Below, piece after piece: positions 9,036 to 17,441 of a DNA stretch of 29,350 bases (the first letter of the stretch is position 1; each line of letters opens with the position of its first letter). Below the pieces are notes generated by a model, which saw nothing but the letters and a program-made list of their open reading frames with translations, searched no databases and was not told where the DNA came from. The stretch comes from an uncultured virus (IMG/VR IMGVR_UViG_3300043540_000465). Lineage: Duplodnaviria > Heunggongvirae > Uroviricota > Caudoviricetes. The position numbers and the translations under genes are program-made. The DNA lies in IMG/VR virus record IMGVR_UViG_3300043540_000465, one strand, 5' to 3'.

Positions 9036-10088
9036 ATGGCTGAAGTGCGCATCTTCGATTTCGGCACGGTGCTGACGTCGGATCTCTTCAATCTGATGCT
9101 GCGCGAACTGTTCGTATCCGGCGTCTACGATGGCTTCACCATGACCGCCATCGACACCGACGTATTCGAACTGAGCGCCGGTACCTGTCTCATCGCCTCG
9201 CTGGGCGATCCCACCTCGGGCCTGCTACCCACCGGCATTCTCATGCAGCAGACGGGGGCCAAGCAGTTTCAGATCCCAGAAGACCTCACCCAGTACGACC
9301 TGCGCTACCCGCAGAAGTTCTACCTCGCGGTGCGCTACCGCCCGCAGCTGGTTGTGGGTGGCGTGCCCACGGAGACGGCGCTGGTGTGGGCCGGGCCAAC
9401 CGACGATCCCCGCAACTACCTAGATGCGTGGACCTACGGCTACGCCTACGTCGTGCTGGGGCAAGTCAACTGGGCGGGCACCCTGGTACACACTCTAGAA
9501 CAAGGCGATCTGGTCGAGTCGCAGAAGGTGCGCACGCAGCTAGAGCGCATCATGCTCGACTACACTGGCGGGCGTAGTACCGACCGCTTCAACGTGCCGT
9601 TCAGCGACGGTGTGATCAGCACGTTCGCGTTGCCGCTGCCGCAGATCGATACGACCACCCAGATGCAGTACTACCCAGACGTCAACCCTACGATCAGCGA
9701 TCTCATCCGCTGGCAGTGCTTCGTGCCCATTGGTCTGCAACCCACCGCCGTCAACATCTGGGCACGGCGCGCTCTGACCACGCCGCCGGGTGCGTCGGCC
9801 AGCATTGGCATCAAGGCGTTCGATTCACGCGGCTTCGAAGTACCGATCAGCACCAGCACCAGCCCGACGATTCCACTGACTAGCAGCACATTCGAGTTCC
9901 ATAGCTTCCAGCTAGATCCTAGCAAGTCCACGTTCTACGACGGTGGCTTGTTGACGCTACGGCTCACGGCCCTGCATGCCGATCTAGGAGGTAGCATGGT
10001 CATATACGGGTCCGCCTACCCGCTGCTACTGCGACCGATTCCCCAGGGCCTGAACGGCGGCATCCTGTGGTCTAGCCCGGCCGCCTGA
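9036..10088 (+). CDS. Probable virion structural (tail-associated) protein, 350 aa
   Basis: GAGGA RBS. The N-terminus (DFGTVLTSDLFN...SGVYDGF...LSAG) resembles phage baseplate/fibre attachment domains; function is an inference. Confidence 0.7.
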   Translation: MAEVRIFDFGTVLTSDLFNLMLRELFVSGVYDGFTMTAIDTDVFELSAGTCLIASLGDPTSGLLPTGILMQQTGAKQFQIPEDLTQYDLRYPQKFYLAVRYRPQLVVGGVPTETALVWAGPTDDPRNYLDAWTYGYAYVVLGQVNWAGTLVHTLEQGDLVESQKVRTQLERIMLDYTGGRSTDRFNVPFSDGVISTFALPLPQIDTTTQMQYYPDVNPTISDLIRWQCFVPIGLQPTAVNIWARRALTTPPGASASIGIKAFDSRGFEVPISTSTSPTIPLTSSTFEFHSFQLDPSKSTFYDGGLLTLRLTALHADLGGSMVIYGSAYPLLLRPIPQGLNGGILWSSPAA

Positions 10089-10117
10089 CGCCTTACTCAC
10101 GGGTTGGAGGAAACCTC

Positions 10118-10365
10118 GTGCGCACCAAACCGCCGGACGTCGGCCCCCGATGGACGGCAGAACCACTGCCGTCGCTGTGTGCGGAAAGTGAGCGCACGTC
10201 GTGCTAGACTTTGACCATGTACGTGGACATAAAGTCTATGGCATCGGACAGCTAGTTAGCCACAACCGTAGATAGGCAGTGGTGCAACGCGATATTTCCA
10301 AGTGCGAAGTGCGTTGTCATAACTGCCATCGTCTCCGTCATAAGACGGAGCTGGCCGCAGCTTAA
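10118..10365 (+). pseudogene. Decayed HNH endonuclease
   Basis: GGAGG RBS and GTG 10118. The fragments DGRQNHCRRC and VLDFDHVRGHK...HNRR*AVVQRDISKCEVRCHNCHRLRH* lie in different frames, with an in-frame TAG at 10273-10275. Confidence 0.75.
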
Positions 10366-10401
10366 TACTGCATTACGGCGAGGTGCACTATTCGAACAAT
10401 C

Positions 10402-10842
10402 GTGAAGTTCTTCCCTAACCCGCAAGAAGATCAGCGCGAGGCCATTCCGTTCATCTCGCGCACCATGTGCAAGCTGGCCATCGTGTCCAAGAACTACAAG
10501 GGCATCGAGCAGCTGCCGCAGGAACCTACCTTCTTCTGGGTGCGGATCCAGCAAGAGACGTTCGCCCGGGGCCGACCGGCGTCGCAGTCGGGCTGCTTTG
10601 TGGTCGAGCCGCTGGAAGTCGTTAAAGACAACGCGATCATGCGGCTGCTGCCGGGCATGTTCCGATGCACCGCCACCGAGGGCATCGTCATCATTCGGCC
10701 GACGCAGAGCGTGGACCTGCCGTGGATCATCCCGCTCAACCTGCGCAAGAAGCTGGCCAAGGAACACGCCGCTCACGCCGTGATCGTCGACCTATCGCCA
10801 CAAGCCCCCGCTACCCTCGCTCCACCAGTCCCCGCCGAATAG
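10402..10842 (+). CDS. Hypothetical protein
   Basis: 146-aa ORF with strong GC3 bias, directly upstream of the polymerase. Confidence 0.75.
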   Translation: MKFFPNPQEDQREAIPFISRTMCKLAIVSKNYKGIEQLPQEPTFFWVRIQQETFARGRPASQSGCFVVEPLEVVKDNAIMRLLPGMFRCTATEGIVIIRPTQSVDLPWIIPLNLRKKLAKEHAAHAVIVDLSPQAPATLAPPVPAE

Positions 10843-10931
10843 CTGCGCCCTAGCTTGTAAAGACAGGCCACTATGTCAGTGGCTAGACGGACCAAGCTCT
10901 AGGCTTGGTTCGCACGGGAAGATACGCAGAA

Positions 10932-13736
10932 ATGCACGAAACCCTGCGACGCCGCTACGACTACTGCAACAAGTTCTGCCCGCTGTACAACTCTGAACAC
11001 GTCACCAACCGTCACGTGCCCAGCGAGGTAGTACAACGCAACGCGGCGGGCGGGGTCGACATCGCGTTCGTCGCCGAAGCCCCAGGCGAAGAGGAGGACT
11101 TGCAGCTACGCCCGCTGGTGGGCCGGTCGGGGGCCAAGCTGCGCGGCCACCTGGCGCGCATCGGCATGGAGGGCGTGGGCTATGCCTTCCTTAACATCTG
11201 CAGATGCAGACCTACCAAGCTGGTGCCGAATGAGCGGACCGCCAAGCTGGAGGTCATTAACCGTACGCCAACGGTGAAAGAGCAGCAGGCGTGCGTGCGG
11301 TACCTGTGGGAGGACTTGCAGCAGCTGCGCCCCACCAAGATCGTAGCCCTGGGCAGCACCGCCACCAAGATACTGCTGCCGACGCTCAAGGGTGGCATCA
11401 CCGATGAGCATGGACGCGTGCATGTGCAGAAGATACGCGGCCTCAAACGTCCCCGCACCATCATCCCCACCTACCACCCCGCGGCGGCCCTGTATGACAA
11501 GGCCGTCGAACCGTACTTGGTGGAGGATCTGACCCGCGCGCTGAACAAGACGACCAAGACCTGGAACGCGAACGGCAAGACCCGGGCACTGCTGACGCTG
11601 AAGGACGTGAGCAAGTTCATCCACCGCTTGCGGCACAAGCTGACTCCGGAGCACATCGTCAGCTTCGACGTGGAAACCACGACCACCAATCGGGTCGGGC
11701 CGAATCGCCTGCTGTCCATCGCCTTCGCCTACAACGACACCACGGCCTACGCCATTCCCTACGACCACCCCAAGGCGCCGTGGACGCCCCGCGAGTTCAA
11801 GAAGCTGCGGCGCATGCTGCGGCGGCTGTTCATCAAACCCAATCCATCGTTTGGCTACTGGGCGGCGCACAACTCGTCGTTCGACCAGCAAATCATCCAC
11901 AAGGAGCTTGGCACCTTCGTCATCAGTAGGCCGACGCTGGACACGATGTGGATGTTCTTCGGCTACGACGAGACGCGCTTGGACATCAAGCACCCACGTC
12001 CGTTCGCGTTGAAGCAACTGCTAATCGAGTTCCTCGATTGGAATCCGTACGACGACGATATGCTCAAGCTGCGCGAGCGGGGGCGGATGGACGACGCCGA
12101 CCTGCTGAAGCTGCTGGCGTACAACGGCACCGACTGCTACGCCACCATTCGATTGATCGCGTGGATCAAAGAGCAGGCCGGGGATAGCTACTGGCCCAAG
12201 TTGCTACGCCTAGCCGACAAGCTGATGGCCCCGGCGCAGTTGGCCCTGAACCAAGTCGAGCTGAACGGGTTTGCCATCGATGTCGGACTCGCGCAGAAAC
12301 TGTACTCCAAGCAGTCACCGTTGCTGAAGGAGCTAGATAAGATCAAGGAGTGGTTCCGCCACTACAAGCCAGCCCAGCGGGTCAACAAGCGGATACTGCA
12401 ACAGCAATCGCGGGGCATGCCCACGCTGTTTGCCAATCGCGAGTGGGTGTTCGATCTGCGCAAGCGCACCCACTTGCTGGAGTTGTTCATCGAGGAGCTG
12501 GGCCTCGCCCCCATCAACTTCGGTAAGGAGCTGTGGAAGGGCAAGCCCGGCCCCAAGATCGACAAGAAGTTCAAGGACGCGTACAAGGACCACGAGGCGG
12601 TCAAGAAGCTAAAGCAGTTCGGCGAGATCGACAAGCTGATCTCGTCCTACGTCAAGTCGATCCTCACCAAGTTCCTGCGCACCAACCCCGACTGCGCGGA
12701 TGGACGTGTGCGCTCGCACTTCTGGACAACGCGTACGGTCACCGGCCGTCTGGCGTCGAAGAACCCCAACCTGCAGCAGATCCCGAGGAAGTCCGACGAG
12801 GATGATACGCTGCAGGCCAAGACCCAGATCAAGAACATGTTTTGCGCCACGCCCGGCTGGGCGTTGGTGTCCGCCGACTTCATGCAGGGCGAGGTGTACC
12901 TGCTGGGCCAGGTATCCCGCGACGCCAACTTCTGCGCGCTGCTGTGGCGCATCCGTAAGCTGATGGAGGAGTACGAAAAGCGGCCATCGGAAGAGCTAGC
13001 CAAGCAGATCAAGAACGACGGTGACGTGCACCGCCAAACCGCCGCGCTGATGTTCAACGTCGACGTCAAAGACGTCACCAAGGACATGCGGCAGACCGCC
13101 AAGGCCATCGTCTTCGGTTTGATCTACGGCAAGGCCATCACCACGCTGGCCAAAGATCTGAAGATTAGTGACGAGGAAGCCAAGAAGAAGGCCAAGATGT
13201 TCTTCTCGCGCTTCCCCGCTGCGGAGAAGTGGCTGCACAAGATCGAGCTGTTCGCCATCAAGCACAAGTTCGTGGAGTCGGTGCTGGGACGTCGTCGCCG
13301 GTTCCCGCGGGTGGGCGATCGCACCAATCCTGATCCCAAGGAAGACGGCAAGGCCCGGCGACGGGCGCGCAACTCGCCCATCCAGTCTCTGCTGTCGGAC
13401 ATCACCCTGCACGCCGCCGGGAGGTTGCAGCAGTATATCTGGCAGCATAAGCTGACGTGGCGTATCGTTGACATCGTGCACGATGCCATCATCGCCGAGG
13501 TACCGCTGCCGGAGATGGCATCGTACATCCGCGTGACCAAGCGCGTCATGACCGACCTCACGCCAATTGAACGGAACTTCAACATGAAGTTTGTGGTGCC
13601 GATGAACGTGGAGTTCGAGGTGGGTACGCATTACGGGCAGCTGAAGGGCTTGGAGCCTGGGGTGGCAGGCATCCGCGCCGCCAAGCAGCAGATCCGCAAG
13701 GAGTGGCAGAGCTACGGCTACCGCATGGCGGAGTAG
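10932..13736 (+). CDS. polA: Family A DNA polymerase with N-terminal family-4 uracil-DNA glycosylase domain and 3'-5' exonuclease
   Basis: UDG: CNKFCPL, AEAPGEEE..RPLVGRSG, NICRCRP, NRTPT..E...C, TYHPAAAL. Exonuclease: FDVET, HNSSFD, YNGTD. Polymerase: TVTGRLASKNPNLQQIP, motif A DFMQGE, motif B RQTAKAIVFGLIYG, motif C VHDA. Start is ATG 10932 or TTG 10905. Confidence 0.95.
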   Translation: MHETLRRRYDYCNKFCPLYNSEHVTNRHVPSEVVQRNAAGGVDIAFVAEAPGEEEDLQLRPLVGRSGAKLRGHLARIGMEGVGYAFLNICRCRPTKLVPNERTAKLEVINRTPTVKEQQACVRYLWEDLQQLRPTKIVALGSTATKILLPTLKGGITDEHGRVHVQKIRGLKRPRTIIPTYHPAAALYDKAVEPYLVEDLTRALNKTTKTWNANGKTRALLTLKDVSKFIHRLRHKLTPEHIVSFDVETTTTNRVGPNRLLSIAFAYNDTTAYAIPYDHPKAPWTPREFKKLRRMLRRLFIKPNPSFGYWAAHNSSFDQQIIHKELGTFVISRPTLDTMWMFFGYDETRLDIKHPRPFALKQLLIEFLDWNPYDDDMLKLRERGRMDDADLLKLLAYNGTDCYATIRLIAWIKEQAGDSYWPKLLRLADKLMAPAQLALNQVELNGFAIDVGLAQKLYSKQSPLLKELDKIKEWFRHYKPAQRVNKRILQQQSRGMPTLFANREWVFDLRKRTHLLELFIEELGLAPINFGKELWKGKPGPKIDKKFKDAYKDHEAVKKLKQFGEIDKLISSYVKSILTKFLRTNPDCADGRVRSHFWTTRTVTGRLASKNPNLQQIPRKSDEDDTLQAKTQIKNMFCATPGWALVSADFMQGEVYLLGQVSRDANFCALLWRIRKLMEEYEKRPSEELAKQIKNDGDVHRQTAALMFNVDVKDVTKDMRQTAKAIVFGLIYGKAITTLAKDLKISDEEAKKKAKMFFSRFPAAEKWLHKIELFAIKHKFVESVLGRRRRFPRVGDRTNPDPKEDGKARRRARNSPIQSLLSDITLHAAGRLQQYIWQHKLTWRIVDIVHDAIIAEVPLPEMASYIRVTKRVMTDLTPIERNFNMKFVVPMNVEFEVGTHYGQLKGLEPGVAGIRAAKQQIRKEWQSYGYRMAE

Positions 13737-13760
13737 TATCTTTAGGCAGCGAGGTGACGC

Positions 13761-14033
13761 ATGACACGCTATGGGTGGGTAGTGCTGGCAGTGGTGATGG
13801 CTCTGGGCAGCTGCAAACCGGATACCGAGTGCACCACGGTAGCCGACACCCGCTGCAATGCCAACGTAGTGGAGATCTGCCAAAGCGACAAGACCTGGAG
13901 TGCGTTCGAAGACTGCACGGCGTTGTCGGCCAGCAACAACATGGAACTGGTGTGCTGCTACCAACCAGGCGACGAGGCCGCCGGGATTCCCGCGGGGCAC
14001 ACCTGTCTACCGCCCGCGCAGTGCGAGTACTAA
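13761..14033 (+). CDS. Cys-rich lipoprotein
   Basis: GAGGTG RBS, signal peptide MTRYGWVVLAVVMALGS-C with a lipobox, and a mature region rich in cysteines (TRC..NVVEIC....W...EDC). Confidence 0.85.
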   Translation: MTRYGWVVLAVVMALGSCKPDTECTTVADTRCNANVVEICQSDKTWSAFEDCTALSASNNMELVCCYQPGDEAAGIPAGHTCLPPAQCEY

Positions 14034-14034
14034 G

Positions 14035-14366
14035 ATGCAGCTCCGCAAGCCTGCACCCATCGTATCGATTGGGGTGACCTGCAGCGGCTACCGACGGCGC
14101 TGGCCGACCTGACCGCTGAGATCGCACGCGGTGACCTGCGCGGCATTGTCATCAACCTACTGCCGAAGAGGCGGCGGCGACCGCTGGATCTACTGGTCCA
14201 CGGCAAGGTGCGTACTGGCGATCTGGCATTGATTGGCGCGGTCATAACCAGCCATGCTGTGCTGCTAGAAGCCGAGAAAGCCCAGCAACCCGGTACGAAG
14301 CTGCACGAAGATCCGTATGGGGCTCATGAAACCGAAACTGCAGCTACGCGACAACGACATCTTTGA
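14035..14366 (+). pseudogene. Hypothetical gene with an apparent -1 frameshift at a G run
   Basis: ATG lies 1 nt after the upstream TAA (MQLRKPAPIVSIG). The coding-like frame (GDLQRLPTALADLTAEIARGDLRGIVINLL...) is -1 from ATTGGGG at 14068-14074. Confidence 0.5.
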
Positions 14367-14526
14367 CATTCTGGTGCAGAACCAGCGGCAACGGCGGGGT
14401 AGGCCCCGCCGCTTTGCCTTACCCCCGCGCGAGTGCTACTGGCTACGCCGTAACCTACGGCCGCACTTGTACCTGCGCGTCGACGGCAGTACCGCCAGCG
14501 CGCGACGCTTAACCGCAGTGAGGTGA
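14326..14526 (+). CDS. Small basic hypothetical protein
   Basis: Fills the gap before the 14530 gene; its end overlaps that gene's GAGGTG RBS. Confidence 0.55.
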   Translation: MKPKLQLRDNDIFDILVQNQRQRRGRPRRFALPPRECYWLRRNLRPHLYLRVDGSTASARRLTAVR

Positions 14527-14529
14527 ACC

Positions 14530-15165
14530 ATGGGTGGACGCCTGCAGGCTCTACCGCTGATCGGCGCGTGGTTCCAAGACATCACGCCCAACGAGGTACG
14601 GACATTCTGGCAGTACATGACCAACCAGTTTCACATTACCGTGGTCAACAAGGACGACGATACCAGCATGAAGCTGATTGCCCAGCTGCTGGACGCGCTG
14701 AAGATCACCAATAAGGACGACTTCCTTCAGCACTTCGTAACTACTCTGGGCCACCGCATCTACACCCCGTTCGTCGTCGGTGTGCCGCAGGCGGAGTGGA
14801 GCTTGTGGAGTCAGGTGGAGGTGTGCATTCACGAGTGCCAGCACATCCACCAGTACGATCAAGCGGGGACGCTGGAGTTTGCGTGGGACTACGTCACCGA
14901 CCACACGGCCCGAGCGCACTACGAAGCTGAGGCCTACACCTGCAGCATGGAGTCCTACTGGTGGCGGTTCAAGCGCCTGCCCAACGTCACCGCCATGGCG
15001 CAGCTGCTCAGCAACTACGGTTGCACTGCGGCCGACATCGCCGTGGTTGCCAAGTGTCTGGGGTTGGCGGCAGCTACAGTACGTAGTGGCGCCGTGGTGC
15101 AATACGCGTCGCAGGTCGGCATTGCGTGGTTGAACCGCAACGTGCCCCGGCTGCACACTACTTAA
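14530..15165 (+). CDS. Putative zinc metallopeptidase (zincin-like)
   Basis: HECQHIHQ (HExxH) with downstream YEAEAY as candidate third ligand, plus TTLGHRIY. Confidence 0.75.
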   Translation: MGGRLQALPLIGAWFQDITPNEVRTFWQYMTNQFHITVVNKDDDTSMKLIAQLLDALKITNKDDFLQHFVTTLGHRIYTPFVVGVPQAEWSLWSQVEVCIHECQHIHQYDQAGTLEFAWDYVTDHTARAHYEAEAYTCSMESYWWRFKRLPNVTAMAQLLSNYGCTAADIAVVAKCLGLAAATVRSGAVVQYASQVGIAWLNRNVPRLHTT

Positions 15166-15437
15166 CCCTCGCTGTACGCGGCAACGGAGTATGATCCTGA
15201 TGCATAGGGGTGTCCGCCTACGATCAACATCGTGTTTGTCACCGCGGACCCCAGTAAGCAGGATCCGTATGGTAACCAGATCGAATGGCTGTCGTCGGTA
15301 ACCCATCACAAGGTGACCACGGCGCCGGGCCGCTACTGGTTCCACCCCGACGAGCCAAAGCCGTAGCTTCAACGCCTGAAGCGGTGCCGATGAGGGGCCG
15401 TAAGCTTCGGGTTCTGCTGCCGCGTAGAGCGAGGGTT
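15164..15437. repeat. 20-bp inverted repeat pair enclosing ~235 bp
   Basis: AACCCTCGCTGTACGCGGCA (15164-15183) matches the reverse complement of TGCCGCGTAGAGCGAGGGTT (15418-15437) at 19/20. Confidence 0.85.
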
Positions 15438-15499
15438 TGCGCACGTAATCGCGCCACAGTTGCACTGTACGCGCACCGTAGCGCGTGTATCTTTCAAGT

Positions 15500-16267
15500 A
15501 TGCTACTAATCACCGCAGACACCTATCAATCGCTGGTGCGCGCTGCGCAACGGCTATTGCGCTACAAGCAACCGCAGCTGGCCGCGGACGTCGCTCGCGT
15601 CGCCCTAGATCTGACGCAGCATGGCGTTACCGAGGTGCTGCACATTTCGCCCAAGGGCTTGTCGCTAGGCGATCGGGTGCGGATTCGTACTCGCCATCAG
15701 CGCCTCCCCAAGGACACGCCCGGCAACGTCGTCGGCTTCTCCAAGGGCAAGCTACTGGTGTTGTTCTTCCCCGCTACCTTCCCCGCCGGTACCCTGGCTC
15801 AAGTAGACGAAGCCGACGTGCTGTTCCTCAGCAAGCCGACGGTGATTGGTCCGTGGGCGCTGACTGACGAGGCCGAACCCGCGGCCCACGGGCCGGGCAA
15901 GCCCAGCGTCATCATGCCCGGCGGCACCAATACGCCGGTAGCCCCCGCGCTACCGTCGGCGCCGGTTACGCCGGCGCCGACTCCGCCCAAGCACACCGCG
16001 CGCGTACTGGAAGCCGCACTGGTACGCATGGGGTTTGAGGTGGTGCGACGGGAGCGCGACGCGCTGACGTACTTGTTGCATCTGCGGCGCCGCACTGCTG
16101 ATCTCGATGCCCGGCAGGTGCAAGCGCAGCTTGGTACTCAGTTTGGCAAGCTGCGGTTGCGAGGTAACTACCCACAGCCCCAGACGCTACGCTGCGCCGA
16201 GTTCATCATCGACTTCGGTACTGCTGATGATGTAGTGGTGATAGTAGATCGCCAGCGACAGAGGTAG
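15500..16267 (+). CDS. Hypothetical protein with SH3/KOW-like segment and Pro-rich linker
   Basis: Long ORF containing LSLGDRVRI...GNVVG...LLVLF. ATG 15500 lies 6 nt after TATCTT with no RBS, so it may be leaderless. Confidence 0.7.
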   Translation: MLLITADTYQSLVRAAQRLLRYKQPQLAADVARVALDLTQHGVTEVLHISPKGLSLGDRVRIRTRHQRLPKDTPGNVVGFSKGKLLVLFFPATFPAGTLAQVDEADVLFLSKPTVIGPWALTDEAEPAAHGPGKPSVIMPGGTNTPVAPALPSAPVTPAPTPPKHTARVLEAALVRMGFEVVRRERDALTYLLHLRRRTADLDARQVQAQLGTQFGKLRLRGNYPQPQTLRCAEFIIDFGTADDVVVIVDRQRQR

Positions 16268-16270
16268 CCT

Positions 16271-16705
16271 ATGCCCATGTCCGTAGATCAACCCAAGTCG
16301 CTCCGCGAAGTGGCGGGCGACGATGCAGTTAAGGGCACCGAGCGGCGGCTACGGCGGGCACTGAAGCCGTTTCTGACGGAGCGGCGGGCGCGCAAGAAGC
16401 TCGCCCGTGCGGTCATGGCCGAGATGCTGCTGCAGCAACCGTGGAGCCATCACACGTGGCGCAAGCTAGCGGCGAAGCACGGCGTGACGCAGCAAGTAGA
16501 TCTAGCAGAGAACGCCGCGAAGAACGAGTGGCTCAAGAGCGTCGCCAAGTATCAGCAGCAGCACCCCACTCCCTTCCCCCCGCCGGATCGTCCGGCTCCG
16601 TGGCCACTTACCCAGCCCGTATCGCCACCGGAAACCAATTACCATGGAGGCAGTGCGCCCGACATCATCTTCGCCTACGGCGGCATGTACCTCAAGCGGC
16701 AGTAG
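16271..16705 (+). CDS. Hypothetical protein
   Basis: GAGGT RBS, 144-aa ORF with codon bias. Confidence 0.75.
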   Translation: MPMSVDQPKSLREVAGDDAVKGTERRLRRALKPFLTERRARKKLARAVMAEMLLQQPWSHHTWRKLAAKHGVTQQVDLAENAAKNEWLKSVAKYQQQHPTPFPPPDRPAPWPLTQPVSPPETNYHGGSAPDIIFAYGGMYLKRQ

Positions 16706-16725
16706 CCGCGCTGTGGAGGTGAGGT

Positions 16726-17037
16726 ATGCGGACTACCAGTGCGACCGGCCAGGTCCGGTACGCTTTGCAGCTAGCCGCGGATCCGACCGAGGCGGTGCCC
16801 GCAGGGTTTGGGCACAGCGATGCCGTGGTGCTAGCGGCGTTGACGCGGTTACCGGAGCAGGGATTGCAGGTGGACTGGGCGAGTATGGATGGGACTACCG
16901 CGCAGCCGATCGCTAGCGCAGATTTGTTTCGGGTGTGGCTGGCGTTGGCGCAGCAGCTAGCCGACGATCCGGAGCTGCATCATGTGCAGCGCGCCTTGTG
17001 CGCGGCGGTGTTTGCGCGGATGCACTCGCAGCGCTAG
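16726..17037 (+). CDS. Hypothetical protein, last gene of the + strand block
   Basis: GGAGGTGAGG RBS; stop overlaps the convergent - strand stop (CTAG). Confidence 0.7.
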   Translation: MRTTSATGQVRYALQLAADPTEAVPAGFGHSDAVVLAALTRLPEQGLQVDWASMDGTTAQPIASADLFRVWLALAQQLADDPELHHVQRALCAAVFARMHSQR

Positions 17038-17240
17038 AGCGGTGTGACGTTGAGCAGCAGTTGGATGGGGCGGTAGCCGTCCCAGCCCCAGCGCAGCACC
17101 TGCCGTTCCAGCAACCACGCCGCCCGGCCGTTGACCACGTGAGAGAACAGCTCGCGCGCGCGTTCGCTGCCACCCGGAGCCACGGCAATGGTAACGCTGA
17201 CACGGTCGTGCTGCACGTATTTTGGTGCCCTGGTGGTCAT
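17034..17240 (-). CDS. Hypothetical protein
   Basis: GAGGAGG RBS then MTTRAPKYVQHDRV. Confidence 0.7.
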   Translation of the reverse strand: MTTRAPKYVQHDRVSVTIAVAPGGSERARELFSHVVNGRAAWLLERQVLRWGWDGYRPIQLLLNVTPL

Positions 17241-17441
17241 TGTTCCTCCTCTACTTTGTGGCGAACCGGCATGACCAGGATCATGATCGCATCTCGGGAA
17301 ACGGCCGAGCCGCCAACTCCACGGTACGCAAGAAGTCGAGATCGCGCGCCAGCAGCAAGCAGCCATGACCGTACAGGTTGACGGCGACGCAGCCAGCAGG
17401 TCGGTTCTGGCTGCGTCGCTCATGAGTCACCGACCGCCTAG

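Noticed and set aside
10932..13736. Intein or intron in the polymerase
   Set aside because: Domain spacing is normal, and no intein C/S...HN-C/S/T boundaries or LAGLIDADG motifs were seen.
15190..15415. CTGATG and CGATGAG as hammerhead ribozyme cores
   Set aside because: No correctly placed GAAA and cleavage triplet.
11106..15522. Long - strand ORFs (11106-12017, 12996-14000, 14551-15522)
   Set aside because: They are antisense shadows of high-GC3 + strand genes, with no RBS or recognisable motifs.
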